Source: a virus
Lineage: Duplodnaviria; Caudoviricetes
Length of the DNA: 52,843 nucleotides
Virus record (IMG/VR): IMGVR_UViG_3300050166_000172
Coordinates: 1 to 52,843 of that record
Strand: one strand, 5' to 3'
The translations under genes were made by a program, and so were the position numbers. Shown in pieces: positions 25,923 to 35,982 of the stretch (positions are counted from its first letter, which is position 1; every line of letters starts with the position of its first letter). Under the pieces are notes generated by a model. That model had not been told where the DNA came from. It made no database searches and saw only the letters and a list, made by a program, of their open reading frames with translations.

Positions 25923-27410
25923 ATGTATGAATTAAAAATAACATCAAAAGTCATTAAAACAGAGCTAATTAAGTGGTCCGAACTTCAATTTGTTCAAAAT
26001 GACAACTTCAAGGAATGGGTAGGTAATGGCGACAAAAAACTAATGGAGTCAATACTAAAATATCAATTCATTGATCCTTTTAAGGTTTATGAAGAAAATG
26101 GTGTTTTATATTGCCTTGACGGTAAACATAGATTTTTGGATTTAAAAAGTGCAATTGAAAACGGTGTAAATATTCCCGAAACACTTCCTGCAACTTTTAT
26201 TGATTGCAAGAATATGAAAGAAGCTGCAGAATTGGTTTTGGTTTACTCTTCGCATTATGCAACTATTACCCAACAAGGATTACTTGACTTTGTAAATAAA
26301 TTTGATTTAGATTTTCCAGAAATAACAAATCTTTTAAATATTGCCGAGTTTGATGATATTAGTTTTCAAGGTTTATTGAACAAAGAAAATAATCCATTGG
26401 AAGGCGAAACCATTACTCCTTCATCATTGAAAGATAGTTTTATATTCCCACCTTTTTCAATATTAGATACTCGATCTGGAGTGTGGCAAGAACGTAAGCG
26501 CAAATGGTTAGAATTAGGTTTCAACTCACAAGAAACTCGCGAAGACGTGGAGCTAATTGCTAAAAGTGGCCAATCAACAGGTATTTATGAATTAAGAAAT
26601 AAAATGCGCGAATCATTGCAGCGTGAGCCTAATTGGGATGAAATAATTGATTATGCAAAAAAGAAAGGAATGCACGTTTATGAGGGAGCGAGTATATTTG
26701 ACCCTGTAGTATGTGAATTGTCTTATCGTTGGTTTTGCCCTGAAGGTGGATTGATTTTAGATCCATTTGCGGGTGGTTCCGTTCGTGGTATTGTAGCTGG
26801 GGTTCTTGGGTATAATTACTGGGGTATTGATTTAAGAAAAGAACAAGTAGAAGCTAACCGTAAGCAGGCATCGATACTAAATATTGAAAATGCTCACTGG
26901 ATACCTGGCGATAGTGATGAGGAGCTTGATATACTCAGAATTGACAATGGAGCCGACTTTATTTACTCCTGCCCTCCATACGCAGATTTAGAAAAGTATA
27001 GCGACGACCCAAAGGACTTATCCAATATGGACTATGACGACTTTAAGGAAGTATATTTTTCAATCATTAAAAAATCAGTTGCTCAATTAAAAGACGACCG
27101 CTTTGCGTGTTTCGTTGTTGGTGATGTTCGCGATAAAAAAGGTTTCTATTATAACTTTGTTAGCGATACAATTCAAGCGTTCAAGGATGCTGGAATGGAA
27201 CTATACAACGAAATCATTTTAGTAAACGTTGTTGGCTCATTGGCTATTAGAGTAAGGCGCCAATTTAACGGAGGTCGTAAAGTAGGTAAAATGCACCAAA
27301 ACGTGTTAGTTTTCTATAAAGGCGACCCTAAAAAAATAAAAGAAAACTATCCTGAATTAAATTTAGGAGAATTAGAGCACTTTGAAAATAATGAAAATTC
27401 AATAATTTAA
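25923..27410 (+). CDS. ParB-like domain fused to DNA amino-methyltransferase
   Basis: N-terminal LDGKHR; DPFAGGSVRG SAM motif; SCPPY catalytic motif. Confidence 0.85.
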   Translation: MYELKITSKVIKTELIKWSELQFVQNDNFKEWVGNGDKKLMESILKYQFIDPFKVYEENGVLYCLDGKHRFLDLKSAIENGVNIPETLPATFIDCKNMKEAAELVLVYSSHYATITQQGLLDFVNKFDLDFPEITNLLNIAEFDDISFQGLLNKENNPLEGETITPSSLKDSFIFPPFSILDTRSGVWQERKRKWLELGFNSQETREDVELIAKSGQSTGIYELRNKMRESLQREPNWDEIIDYAKKKGMHVYEGASIFDPVVCELSYRWFCPEGGLILDPFAGGSVRGIVAGVLGYNYWGIDLRKEQVEANRKQASILNIENAHWIPGDSDEELDILRIDNGADFIYSCPPYADLEKYSDDPKDLSNMDYDDFKEVYFSIIKKSVAQLKDDRFACFVVGDVRDKKGFYYNFVSDTIQAFKDAGMELYNEIILVNVVGSLAIRVRRQFNGGRKVGKMHQNVLVFYKGDPKKIKENYPELNLGELEHFENNENSII

Positions 27411-27448
27411 AATAAATTTGCTAGGTATACTATAAAAAAACCTCGCAA

Positions 27449-27685
27449 ATGTCAGACACTAACTATCAAATAATTACCCAAATGAAAAATACAATCATTG
27501 AATACCTTGAAGGGGAAAAAAAGATTAATGAAGATGCTTTAAGAGCTTATGATAACCCAATTATTCCAGATACTAACTCAGAAATTAGAGTAATGCGTGA
27601 GCGTGAAGCTATAAAGTTACGCCATAGTATTGCTGAATTATCTCGTCATATTGAAGTAATTAAAAAAATGTATCCAAATCAATAA
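27449..27685 (+). CDS. Hypothetical protein
   Basis: Helical ORF. Confidence 0.55.
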   Translation: MSDTNYQIITQMKNTIIEYLEGEKKINEDALRAYDNPIIPDTNSEIRVMREREAIKLRHSIAELSRHIEVIKKMYPNQ

Positions 27686-27687
27686 AT

Positions 27688-28164
27688 ATGCCAGGCGTTA
27701 GATCAACAAAAATTGAAACTGAACGACGTATATTTACTATACAAGGCTGGATAATTTCTGGAGTTCCTGATTATCTTATTCTTAAAAATATTCAGCAACA
27801 GTTTAAAAATGCAGATGGCGAATATATTAAAAGACGTCAAGCAAAAGTACTAATTAATAAAGCATATGAAGATTGGCACGCCGAACAAGATGCTTCAATA
27901 GAACAAAGGCGAAGTCTTCGTATTGCAGAACTTAAACAAGATATACGAAATCTAAAAGACGAATTTAAGGGAACGCCAAGAGGTATGACCGTTGTAAATC
28001 AAATTAAAAAAGAAATTACAAAGTTAGAAGATTTGTATCCTGCAAGAAAACATATCATTCAAGGCGACGAAGAAAAGCCCTTAATATTTACTACTGTTGA
28101 AGAAAGGGAAAAAAGAATACAGCAATTGTTGGCTAAAATTCCAACTGATAAGAATTTTTTATAA
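27688..28164 (+). CDS. Putative terminase small subunit
   Basis: Helical protein upstream of terL, C-terminal I.GD..KPL pattern; positional inference. Confidence 0.5.
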   Translation: MPGVRSTKIETERRIFTIQGWIISGVPDYLILKNIQQQFKNADGEYIKRRQAKVLINKAYEDWHAEQDASIEQRRSLRIAELKQDIRNLKDEFKGTPRGMTVVNQIKKEITKLEDLYPARKHIIQGDEEKPLIFTTVEEREKRIQQLLAKIPTDKNFL

Positions 28165-28289
28165 AAATTAAATTGTAAAATTTACAATTTAATTGTAAAA
28201 TATATTATTTTTACGAATTGTAATACAAATAGTTGTAAAAAAGTTTAGTTATTAAAAGCTAGTTTGTACGAAAAACTAGCTTTTATTTA

Positions 28290-28370
28290 GGGGAAGTAGC
28301 TCAGTTGGCTAGAGCAGATTTGAGATGATATCAATAAATAGAGTCGCTGGTTCGATTCCAGCCTTTTCCA
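28290..28370 (+). tRNA. tRNA-like element (pseudo-tRNA, anticodon unassignable)
   Basis: Acceptor GGGGAAG/CTTTTCC, D-arm GCTC-AGTTGGCTA-GAGC, T-arm GCTGG-TTCGATT-CCAGC; anticodon/variable region 29 nt and non-canonical. Confidence 0.65.
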
Positions 28371-28563
28371 CAAGTATTATATACCGTTCAAGGAGATAAG
28401 CCTCCACATGTAATCTTTAGTGTTGTATTCATGCATGATGTTTGGTTTATAGATTAGCAAATAGAAAAAATGAGCGTGTAGCGTTACTATAATCTGTTTT
28501 ATGGGTAAATTTTAAGCTTATAGTTATAAAAAACATTTTTGAACGGTATTTCTTTAAAAAAGT

Positions 28564-28743
28564 ATGAAATCAATTGAAACAGAACAAGGAAGAATTTTTA
28601 TTGAAGGTATTGAAACCTCAAACCCTACGCATATTGGTTATGCTGTAATTGATTTGGTACAGCAAGGAAAAGAAATTATCATTAAAAACCCTTGCAAAAA
28701 CAAATGCAAGAATTTTAAACTTTTAAAAAACTGCAAAAAATGA
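28564..28743 (+). CDS. Hypothetical protein (59 aa)
   Basis: ORF MKSIETEQGRIFIEG..., ATGA overlap with next gene. Confidence 0.5.
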   Translation: MKSIETEQGRIFIEGIETSNPTHIGYAVIDLVQQGKEIIIKNPCKNKCKNFKLLKNCKK

Positions 28744-28982
28744 AGCATATAAAATCCTTAAACCCATTCAAACCTATTCAGTTATTTTTTGCTAAAATAC
28801 TTAAACAAAGGATTGAAAAGAGAGTGCAAAAACATCAAACAATTAAATATTTAGAATATTTAATTGAAGAGTATAGATTGATCCAGAAAAAAGAATCTAA
28901 GCTATCAAGCACCGAAAGAAGAAAAGTTATAAAAGCCATAGATGATTATGTTGAAAGCGGACATATAATTGAAAAAAAATAA
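28740..28982 (+). CDS. Hypothetical protein
   Basis: Coupled to terL. Confidence 0.6.
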   Translation: MKHIKSLNPFKPIQLFFAKILKQRIEKRVQKHQTIKYLEYLIEEYRLIQKKESKLSSTERRKVIKAIDDYVESGHIIEKK

Positions 28983-30406
28983 TGCCTTTATCAGATACTG
29001 AAATATTAGAATTAGAAAAACTTGTAAATGAGAAAACACTTTATGTTATTTCAGAAGAAACAAATCCTAATTATTCATATCTGTTTAACTCATTAAATGA
29101 GCAAAAATTCAACGATAAAGGAGAACTTATTTCAGGAAAAAAAGGCGTAGGACTTGAGGGTTCTTCTCGTTCTGCTAAAACATGGTCTTGGATATTTTTC
29201 GTTGTTTATATATGCTTATTTGTAGAAAAAGAATGTACTATAAATATTTATCGTTCTACTTTTGAAGAGTTTAAAACCACTTTATATGATGATTTTAAAC
29301 GTGTTTTAGATATATTTCAATTACCTAATAGGTTTCATAATGCAGATAGAATTAAATCGTTTAAAATAGGTAAAAACTTAATCAATTTTATTGGTTGTGA
29401 TAAGGTTTCAAAAGCGCACGGTGCTGGTTGTGATTATGCTGTTTTTAACGAAATGATTCATATTCCTAAAAATATTTTCGATCAGGTTGAAATGCGTTGT
29501 CGTAAGTTTTGGGTTGGCGACTGGAATCCATCAGTTACACAACATTATATTTTCGACAACATTCTTACAAGGCCAGATATAGGATATTTAAGAACAACAT
29601 TTCAAACAAATAAACACCTTTCAACTCAAGAAAGGAGTAAAATTTTAGGTTACGAACCTTGGAAGCCAGGAACATGTGAAGTAATTGATAACGAAATTTA
29701 TTTTAAAGGATTACCTGTAAGCGCCATTAATCAACCACCACCACACCCTACAAATATAGACCATGGAACAGCTGACGAATTTAACTGGAGAGTATATGGT
29801 CTAGGTTTGAGGGGAGCAATGAAAGGTGTAATATTCCAGCATGTAAAATGGATTGAAGAAAGCGAATTCCCTGATTTAGAATATCGTTACGGAATGGACT
29901 TTGGTTTCACGATAGATCCTTCCACTTTAGTGCGTCATGCAGAAGATGATTATAATATTTGGTTATGGCCATTAATGTACGAGCCAACAGAAAATCCAGA
30001 AATTATTGACAATTATTTTATTAAAATTAATATTGAACGCGACAAGCTAATTACTGCAGATTCAGCAGATAAATACACTGGTGAAAATAAAGGTACTGTT
30101 GAAATGGTTAAATCTCTTAAAACAAAACCCTGGAACATCAAAAAAGTTAAAAAAAATAAAGGAATTCTTTTTTGGATTAACTCTATGAAAACAAAAAAAA
30201 TACACATTGTAAAAAACAGTTTTTATAGTTTTATAAAAAAAGAACAAGAAAATTATAGAATGCGTGAAGTAAATGGAATATCAATAAATCAGCCAATTGA
30301 TGGTTTCGACCATTTTTGGGCAGCTTCAAGATACGCACACATGGCATTCAATAATAACGGAATTACTGAATATAATACATCAGAAGATGTTTTAAGTCAA
30401 TTTTAA
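28982..30406 (+). CDS. terL: Terminase large subunit (PBSX-like)
   Basis: Walker A-like GSSRSAKT, FNE, DWNP, YGMDFGF..DP, ADSA, DH...A.RY. Confidence 0.9.
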   Translation: MPLSDTEILELEKLVNEKTLYVISEETNPNYSYLFNSLNEQKFNDKGELISGKKGVGLEGSSRSAKTWSWIFFVVYICLFVEKECTINIYRSTFEEFKTTLYDDFKRVLDIFQLPNRFHNADRIKSFKIGKNLINFIGCDKVSKAHGAGCDYAVFNEMIHIPKNIFDQVEMRCRKFWVGDWNPSVTQHYIFDNILTRPDIGYLRTTFQTNKHLSTQERSKILGYEPWKPGTCEVIDNEIYFKGLPVSAINQPPPHPTNIDHGTADEFNWRVYGLGLRGAMKGVIFQHVKWIEESEFPDLEYRYGMDFGFTIDPSTLVRHAEDDYNIWLWPLMYEPTENPEIIDNYFIKINIERDKLITADSADKYTGENKGTVEMVKSLKTKPWNIKKVKKNKGILFWINSMKTKKIHIVKNSFYSFIKKEQENYRMREVNGISINQPIDGFDHFWAASRYAHMAFNNNGITEYNTSEDVLSQF

Positions 30407-30418
30407 ATATAAAAAATC

Positions 30419-31855
30419 ATGGAAGAAGAAATCAAATTATTATTAGAAAAGCTAAAAAATGATCCTGACAATGCAGTTAAGGATTTTGAAGCAACAAAAA
30501 AAACTGGAACTGCAGATTTTATTAAAGAGTTTAGTGGAGATAGAGATATTCGGGAAACACAAATAGACAATCTACAAAAAGACAAAACTATTGGTACAGG
30601 TATAAATCAAAAATTAGTTAAAAAAGCAAGATTAAAAGTAAAGTTTCAAAACAAAATTGTAAGAACTGCTACTGCTTTTGAAGTTGGTGAACCAGTTACT
30701 TTAAAACCAAATAATTCAAAATTAAATCTTCATAAAGAAGTAGATGCTATTTGGAGAAATAATAGAATTGATGCCAAAACAAAAGAGTTGGTTAAATTCA
30801 AAAAAGCCCATACAGAAGCAGCTATGTTATTTTATTTAAATTCTATAACTCCTGAAACTTTGATTGGAAAAGTACTAGGTATTCTTGGTATTTCTCAAAA
30901 AAATGAAATAAAAACTAGAGTAATTACAAATAAAAATGCTTCATTATATCCATACTTTGATGCTACTGGAGATATGATTGCATTTGGTTACGGATTTAAT
31001 AGTAAAACAAGCGATAAAGATGTTAAAAATCTTTGGGTTTATACTTCAGATAATTTAATTAAATTAGATAATAGTAAAGGAAACTTCATTTTAACTGAGA
31101 CAAAAGCTCATGGTTTTTCAAAAATTCCAATAGTTTATATAAATCAAGATGAGCCTGAATGGTTTGATGTTAAAGAACTAATCGATAGATATGAAGTAGC
31201 AGTTTCAAAAAATTCTGATTCCATTGATTATTCAGGTCATCCCATTTTAATTGTTGAAGGAGAAGTTAAGGGTGCCCCAGATAAAGGAGAAGTTGGAAAA
31301 GTCTTTAACATTCCAATAAAATATGATGATGAAGGCAAACCACAAAAAGGTGATATTCGTTTCTTAACTCACGAACAAGCTCCAGAATCAGTTAAACTTG
31401 AATTTGATACATTAGAGAATAATGTTTATGCAATTACCTCTACTCCTAACCTTTCGTTTGATAATATAAAAAGCATTGGAGCAGTTTCTGGTGTAGCCTT
31501 AAAATTATTATTTTTAGATGCCATCATAAAAGCAAAAGATAATGAAAGCGATAATCGTACGATGTACGAAAGAATTATAAATGTAATTATTTCTGGAACA
31601 ATAAAAACAGTAAATACTTCATTAGCAAAAGAAGCAAACGAATTGCTTTATGAGATACAATTCAACTCTATACTTCCAGACGATTTAAAAACTGCTGCAG
31701 ATATAGTAAGCACTTTGAGAACTGCTGGAGTAATTTCTAAGAAAACAGCTATTCAATACTTACAAATGGTACAAGATACCGAAAAAGAAATTGAGGAAAT
31801 AAACGCAGAAGAAACTGCAAAAAACGATATTACTAACCCACCTAATACTATTTAA
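30419..31855 (+). CDS. Portal protein (SPP1-like)
   Basis: HGFSKIPIV, SGVALK motifs; follows terL. Confidence 0.88.
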   Translation: MEEEIKLLLEKLKNDPDNAVKDFEATKKTGTADFIKEFSGDRDIRETQIDNLQKDKTIGTGINQKLVKKARLKVKFQNKIVRTATAFEVGEPVTLKPNNSKLNLHKEVDAIWRNNRIDAKTKELVKFKKAHTEAAMLFYLNSITPETLIGKVLGILGISQKNEIKTRVITNKNASLYPYFDATGDMIAFGYGFNSKTSDKDVKNLWVYTSDNLIKLDNSKGNFILTETKAHGFSKIPIVYINQDEPEWFDVKELIDRYEVAVSKNSDSIDYSGHPILIVEGEVKGAPDKGEVGKVFNIPIKYDDEGKPQKGDIRFLTHEQAPESVKLEFDTLENNVYAITSTPNLSFDNIKSIGAVSGVALKLLFLDAIIKAKDNESDNRTMYERIINVIISGTIKTVNTSLAKEANELLYEIQFNSILPDDLKTAADIVSTLRTAGVISKKTAIQYLQMVQDTEKEIEEINAEETAKNDITNPPNTI

Positions 31856-32020
31856 TATGAAATACTTTGCTTTATTATTAATGCTTCCAACAGCTGTTAT
31901 TGTTGGTTTATTTGGAATTTTTTATAAGGAACTTTACAAGAAACCTATTTTTAAAAATGGCTGGTTTTTGGTAATCTTCAATTTATTAATTTGGCTTTTA
32001 ATAGGACTTTTAATTTTTAG

Positions 32021-32359
32021 ATGGATTTTGTAATGCGAGAAAAGAAAATTATAATCCCAATTTACGAATGTAAATTAACTCTTATTTTAGTTAAAGACTT
32101 GTTTTATATTGAAAAAAAATATAAAACACGATCATTAAAATATTATGCTGCGGTAACTATTCCAGACGAAAATAAATTAGGAAATTATTTAGTTGCTTTT
32201 GAATGCAAAGATAGGGGTATTATTGCCCATGAAATTGTTCATTTAATAAATTACATTTTTATAGATCATGGTGTGGAATTAGACAGACATAATGATGAAA
32301 CACAAGCCTATCTTACTTCATGGCTTTTTAATAAAATTGAAAAATTTATTTATAAATAA
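32021..32359 (+). CDS. Small HExxH-motif protein
   Basis: IAHEIVH...E..AY. Confidence 0.7.
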   Translation: MDFVMREKKIIIPIYECKLTLILVKDLFYIEKKYKTRSLKYYAAVTIPDENKLGNYLVAFECKDRGIIAHEIVHLINYIFIDHGVELDRHNDETQAYLTSWLFNKIEKFIYK

Positions 32360-32367
32360 TAACACAC

Positions 32368-32398
32368 AAAACCACTCAAAATTCGAGTGGTTTTTTTT
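32368..32398 (+). terminator. Rho-independent terminator
   Basis: AAAACCACTC-N7-GAGTGGTTTT plus T run. Confidence 0.8.
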
Positions 32399-32426
32399 GT
32401 TAAAATTCTAATTATTTTTATTTAGA

Positions 32427-32457
32427 CTAAATAAAAATAATTTCATTACATTTGTAA
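32427..32457 (+). promoter_or_regulatory. Promoter for head/tail operon
   Basis: TACATTTG (-7) at 32447-32454 preceded by CTAAATAAAAATAAT; same arrangement at 46572-46602. Confidence 0.6.
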
Positions 32458-32489
32458 TCAATATAATAACAATTAAAATCAAATTTATT

Positions 32490-33158
32490 ATGGCAGTAGC
32501 ACCAGAAAAAATTAAGGCAAGACTTAAGGCATTGTTCCCTAAGGCTAACTTATCGACTAAAAGGCTAGACGCTTATGCGGCTAAACTTGCACCAAAACCA
32601 GCAGATGATGCAGATGATGAAGCAATTGATGTTATCATTAACGATTACAATGAAGTAATTGATTTTGAAGCAGTCGCAAAAGAGGATGATAAAACTCGCA
32701 CTCTTGAATCAAAAGCTAAAGCAGATGCAGAAAAAGCAAAAGGAAAAGGTGGGAATAGCGAAGATGATGACCAAGATGATGATATTAATACTGATGGAAT
32801 GACAGAGTTTGAAAAAACAATGTTAAAAAAATTCGGTAAAATTCAATCTGAATTGGAAACAATCAAGTCTGGTAATGCACAAAAAAGCAAATTAGAACAA
32901 GCGAAAACATCACTTGAAAAATCAGAAGTTTTCAAAAAACTTGACGATGATACTAAAGCTTTTATGCTTAAAAATGTTGATTTAGAATCTGAAATCCCAT
33001 TTGAAGAACAAATTACAGGACTTGAGACTGTATTTTCTAAACTAGTTCAAAATAGTGTAGATGGTGGAGATTATGCAGGAGTACCACCAGTAAATAGCGG
33101 TAAAACTGATAAATTTTCTCAAGAAGATGCTGATAAAATTGTTGGAGAAATTTTTTAA
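32490..33158 (+). CDS. Putative capsid scaffolding protein
   Basis: Acidic, helical, upstream of head genes. Confidence 0.65.
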   Translation: MAVAPEKIKARLKALFPKANLSTKRLDAYAAKLAPKPADDADDEAIDVIINDYNEVIDFEAVAKEDDKTRTLESKAKADAEKAKGKGGNSEDDDQDDDINTDGMTEFEKTMLKKFGKIQSELETIKSGNAQKSKLEQAKTSLEKSEVFKKLDDDTKAFMLKNVDLESEIPFEEQITGLETVFSKLVQNSVDGGDYAGVPPVNSGKTDKFSQEDADKIVGEIF

Positions 33159-33176
33159 TAATCTAAAACTAAAATC

Positions 33177-33584
33177 ATGTCAGGACAAACCGCAGATTTA
33201 AACAGTCAAGGTAGCCAAGTAGATGTTGGCTATGACTCAGTAACTATTGTTACTAATTTAGAGAATATTCCAGGAGGAAAAACTCTAAATACTACAGGTT
33301 TTACACCAGAAGTAATTAAAGCAGGTCATTTAGTGATCGTGGAAACTGCAACTGGAATACACAAACCAATGCCAGTTAATACTCAAGAAACTGCTTATGC
33401 ATCATTGCCAGCAAATCACGAATATAAAGGCGTGGTAGCTGCTTCCGTATTAAAAGCAAAACCATTTGTGGCCATTATGGTACGTGGAACATTTAATGAG
33501 CAAGCTTTTGCAAACAATGGAGGTTTCGCAACCCCATCAGCTGCAAAAACTGCTTTAAGTTTAATCAGATTTACTAAAGACTAA
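33177..33584 (+). CDS. Putative head decoration protein
   Basis: 135 aa, directly upstream of capsid gene. Confidence 0.55.
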   Translation: MSGQTADLNSQGSQVDVGYDSVTIVTNLENIPGGKTLNTTGFTPEVIKAGHLVIVETATGIHKPMPVNTQETAYASLPANHEYKGVVAASVLKAKPFVAIMVRGTFNEQAFANNGGFATPSAAKTALSLIRFTKD

Positions 33585-33590
33585 TACATT

Positions 33591-34865
33591 ATGAAAAAGT
33601 CATTATTCGTAGCTTTTATTGCTGCCTTTCAGGTAATTGCAGCAAGTATTGAAAAAAGAGTCAATGATAAGAAAACAGAACAAACGTATCTGTTTAAAGA
33701 TTTATTGACTAAAAAACAATCAACCGACTTACGTTGGGATTCTTTAACCGTAAATGGAACATTGGTTTCTGCTGATGTAGTGGCTTTAAGTTCTTCTTTA
33801 CCGTTGAAAAAAAGAGATAAGTTTTCTACAGCTTCTGGAGAAATTCCAAAAATAGGAATGAAAATGCAGATGAACGAGAAACAAATGTCAGATGTAGAAA
33901 TTTTAAAATCTCGTGGAGTTGCACAAACTGAATTAGTAAAATTAATTTTCGAAGATGAAGTGAAATGTACTATGGGTATTTATGAAAAATTAGAGTATAT
34001 GTTCCTTCAAGGTTTGTCTTCAGGAGTTGCTTTAGTTGATGATGATACTAACGTAGGAACAGGAATTCGCGTTGATTATGGCTACCAAGACAGTAATAAA
34101 TTTGGTGTAACTGTTAATTGGGCACAAGCAACCGCTAAACCTATCGACGACATCAAAAGAATTATGAGAACAGCAATGATGAAAGGTGATGTTTTAAAAT
34201 TTATGTTCTTAGATACTGAAACATTAGATGCACTTTGTAATAATGAACAGGTAAGACAGCAATTTGCATTCAGCTTAAACTTTGTAGGAAATAATATTCC
34301 AACATTAGATAATGAGCAAATTAAGACATTGTTTTCTAACCGTTTAAAATTATCAATTATAGAAATTGATCGTTACGTTATGGTAGAGCGCGATGCTAAA
34401 CAAAATGCTGTTAAATGCTGGGCTGATAACCAAGTTGTATTTACAACAAATAACAAAGTTGGTGATTTAGTTTGGGGAACTTTAGTAGAAGATTTAAACC
34501 GTTCAAAAGATGTTGATTATGCAAAAGTTGATGGTTTTATTTTACTTAAAAAATGGCACGAGCCAGAACCATTTGCAGAGTTTACATCATCACAAGCATT
34601 AGTATTGCCAGTAATTAATAATGTATCTAGTATTTACATTATTGACTGCGGTGATTCAGTTGCAGATGTACAAACAGAAGGTGATGCTAATTTTTCTTAC
34701 AAAGGAACTAATTATACAAAAGTATCTGTTGTCGCAGCTTACAAAATTGTTAAGCCAACATCTAAAATAACTACATCAACTGCTGATGCTTATATTTTAG
34801 AAGTAATTAACAAATTGTCAGATGAAGAAATTACAATTTTTGAAGCCAACATCGTAGCAGCTTAA
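33591..34865 (+). CDS. Major capsid protein (lambda E-like, HK97 fold)
   Basis: ADVV..S.LP, GEIPK, VDYG, W....AKPIDDI motifs. Confidence 0.85.
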   Translation: MKKSLFVAFIAAFQVIAASIEKRVNDKKTEQTYLFKDLLTKKQSTDLRWDSLTVNGTLVSADVVALSSSLPLKKRDKFSTASGEIPKIGMKMQMNEKQMSDVEILKSRGVAQTELVKLIFEDEVKCTMGIYEKLEYMFLQGLSSGVALVDDDTNVGTGIRVDYGYQDSNKFGVTVNWAQATAKPIDDIKRIMRTAMMKGDVLKFMFLDTETLDALCNNEQVRQQFAFSLNFVGNNIPTLDNEQIKTLFSNRLKLSIIEIDRYVMVERDAKQNAVKCWADNQVVFTTNNKVGDLVWGTLVEDLNRSKDVDYAKVDGFILLKKWHEPEPFAEFTSSQALVLPVINNVSSIYIIDCGDSVADVQTEGDANFSYKGTNYTKVSVVAAYKIVKPTSKITTSTADAYILEVINKLSDEEITIFEANIVAA

Positions 34866-34868
34866 AAA

Positions 34869-35444
34869 ATGTATAGTCAAGAAACAATAAACTTATTTAA
34901 TAATAGAATTGGTTGGTCTGTAACTACAGACCTTCCATTTACTATTAATGATGAGATTAAATTACCTAATACTGTTTTAAAATTTAACGGTTTTCATGGT
35001 TTGGTTTCATTAACAAATCTTTTACATACTGTTGATGAAAGTTTAAATATTCCTACGGAATTTAATAAATTATTGTTAGAACTTAGAAGCCAATGTATTC
35101 TTTTTTCTTTAACCTGGATATTAGATAAGCATCCAGATTATGTTGATAGTGAAAGCTATGATGCAATTATTGTAGAAAAATCAAAGCTATTTGAAGAAGT
35201 TATTGGGTTACTAATGACGATTAAAGTTTTTGAGCTTTATATGTCAAGTAATCGCTCTAATTACATTGAAAGAAACGCAAAATTGAGCTACCAAAACTTA
35301 AAAATTGAACTTGAAGGAATTAAAAATGATAACGGCCATCAAGTGGCTGTAGGAATTAGACAACAACTTCAAAAAGCAGTTAAAGACGCTCAAAAAGCAA
35401 TTTTCAAAAATGCACCAAGTGTGGAATATATAGAATTTTGGTAA
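34869..35444 (+). CDS. Putative head-tail connector
   Basis: Position after capsid. Confidence 0.5.
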   Translation: MYSQETINLFNNRIGWSVTTDLPFTINDEIKLPNTVLKFNGFHGLVSLTNLLHTVDESLNIPTEFNKLLLELRSQCILFSLTWILDKHPDYVDSESYDAIIVEKSKLFEEVIGLLMTIKVFELYMSSNRSNYIERNAKLSYQNLKIELEGIKNDNGHQVAVGIRQQLQKAVKDAQKAIFKNAPSVEYIEFW

Positions 35445-35445
35445 C

Positions 35446-35964
35446 ATGAATTATACTTACACAAATGTAAAAGGTATCGATGTTGATATTCAAGAAATTC
35501 AAACATATTTATACAATCAATTAAATTGGGGTATAATTAATGGTTTCGGAAGGGTTTTTAAGAATATAAACAAAACCAATAAAACATTAGTTCCAGAAGC
35601 TTACATTGGAGTCGGTGAGTATAAAGAAGTATTAACAGATGATTCTGTAAATGCTTTATTTTTCTTTGTCGATGATGATGAACATAAAAGCAAGGAAGGC
35701 TATTTATTTCAAACAAAAATAAATATTATAGTAATTGCCAATCTAAAAAAAATATTCAAAAACTCGCAATATAGAGAAGATAATCAGTGTGAAGATTCTT
35801 TAATTTCATTACTACAAAAAAAAGGAATACAAGTTTTAAAAATCAAAAAAGGATTAAAAGCCGCTTTAAGTGATTTCTATAGTGAAAACATTTCGCTATC
35901 AAATATGGAGCCTTACCACTGCTTTAGTTTGGAGTTTGATTTATCCTATTATTTAGAATGTTAA
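35446..35964 (+). CDS. Putative tail completion protein
   Basis: Position before major tail gene. Confidence 0.45.
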   Translation: MNYTYTNVKGIDVDIQEIQTYLYNQLNWGIINGFGRVFKNINKTNKTLVPEAYIGVGEYKEVLTDDSVNALFFFVDDDEHKSKEGYLFQTKINIIVIANLKKIFKNSQYREDNQCEDSLISLLQKKGIQVLKIKKGLKAALSDFYSENISLSNMEPYHCFSLEFDLSYYLEC

Positions 35965-35982
35965 TATAATAAAAAAAAAATT

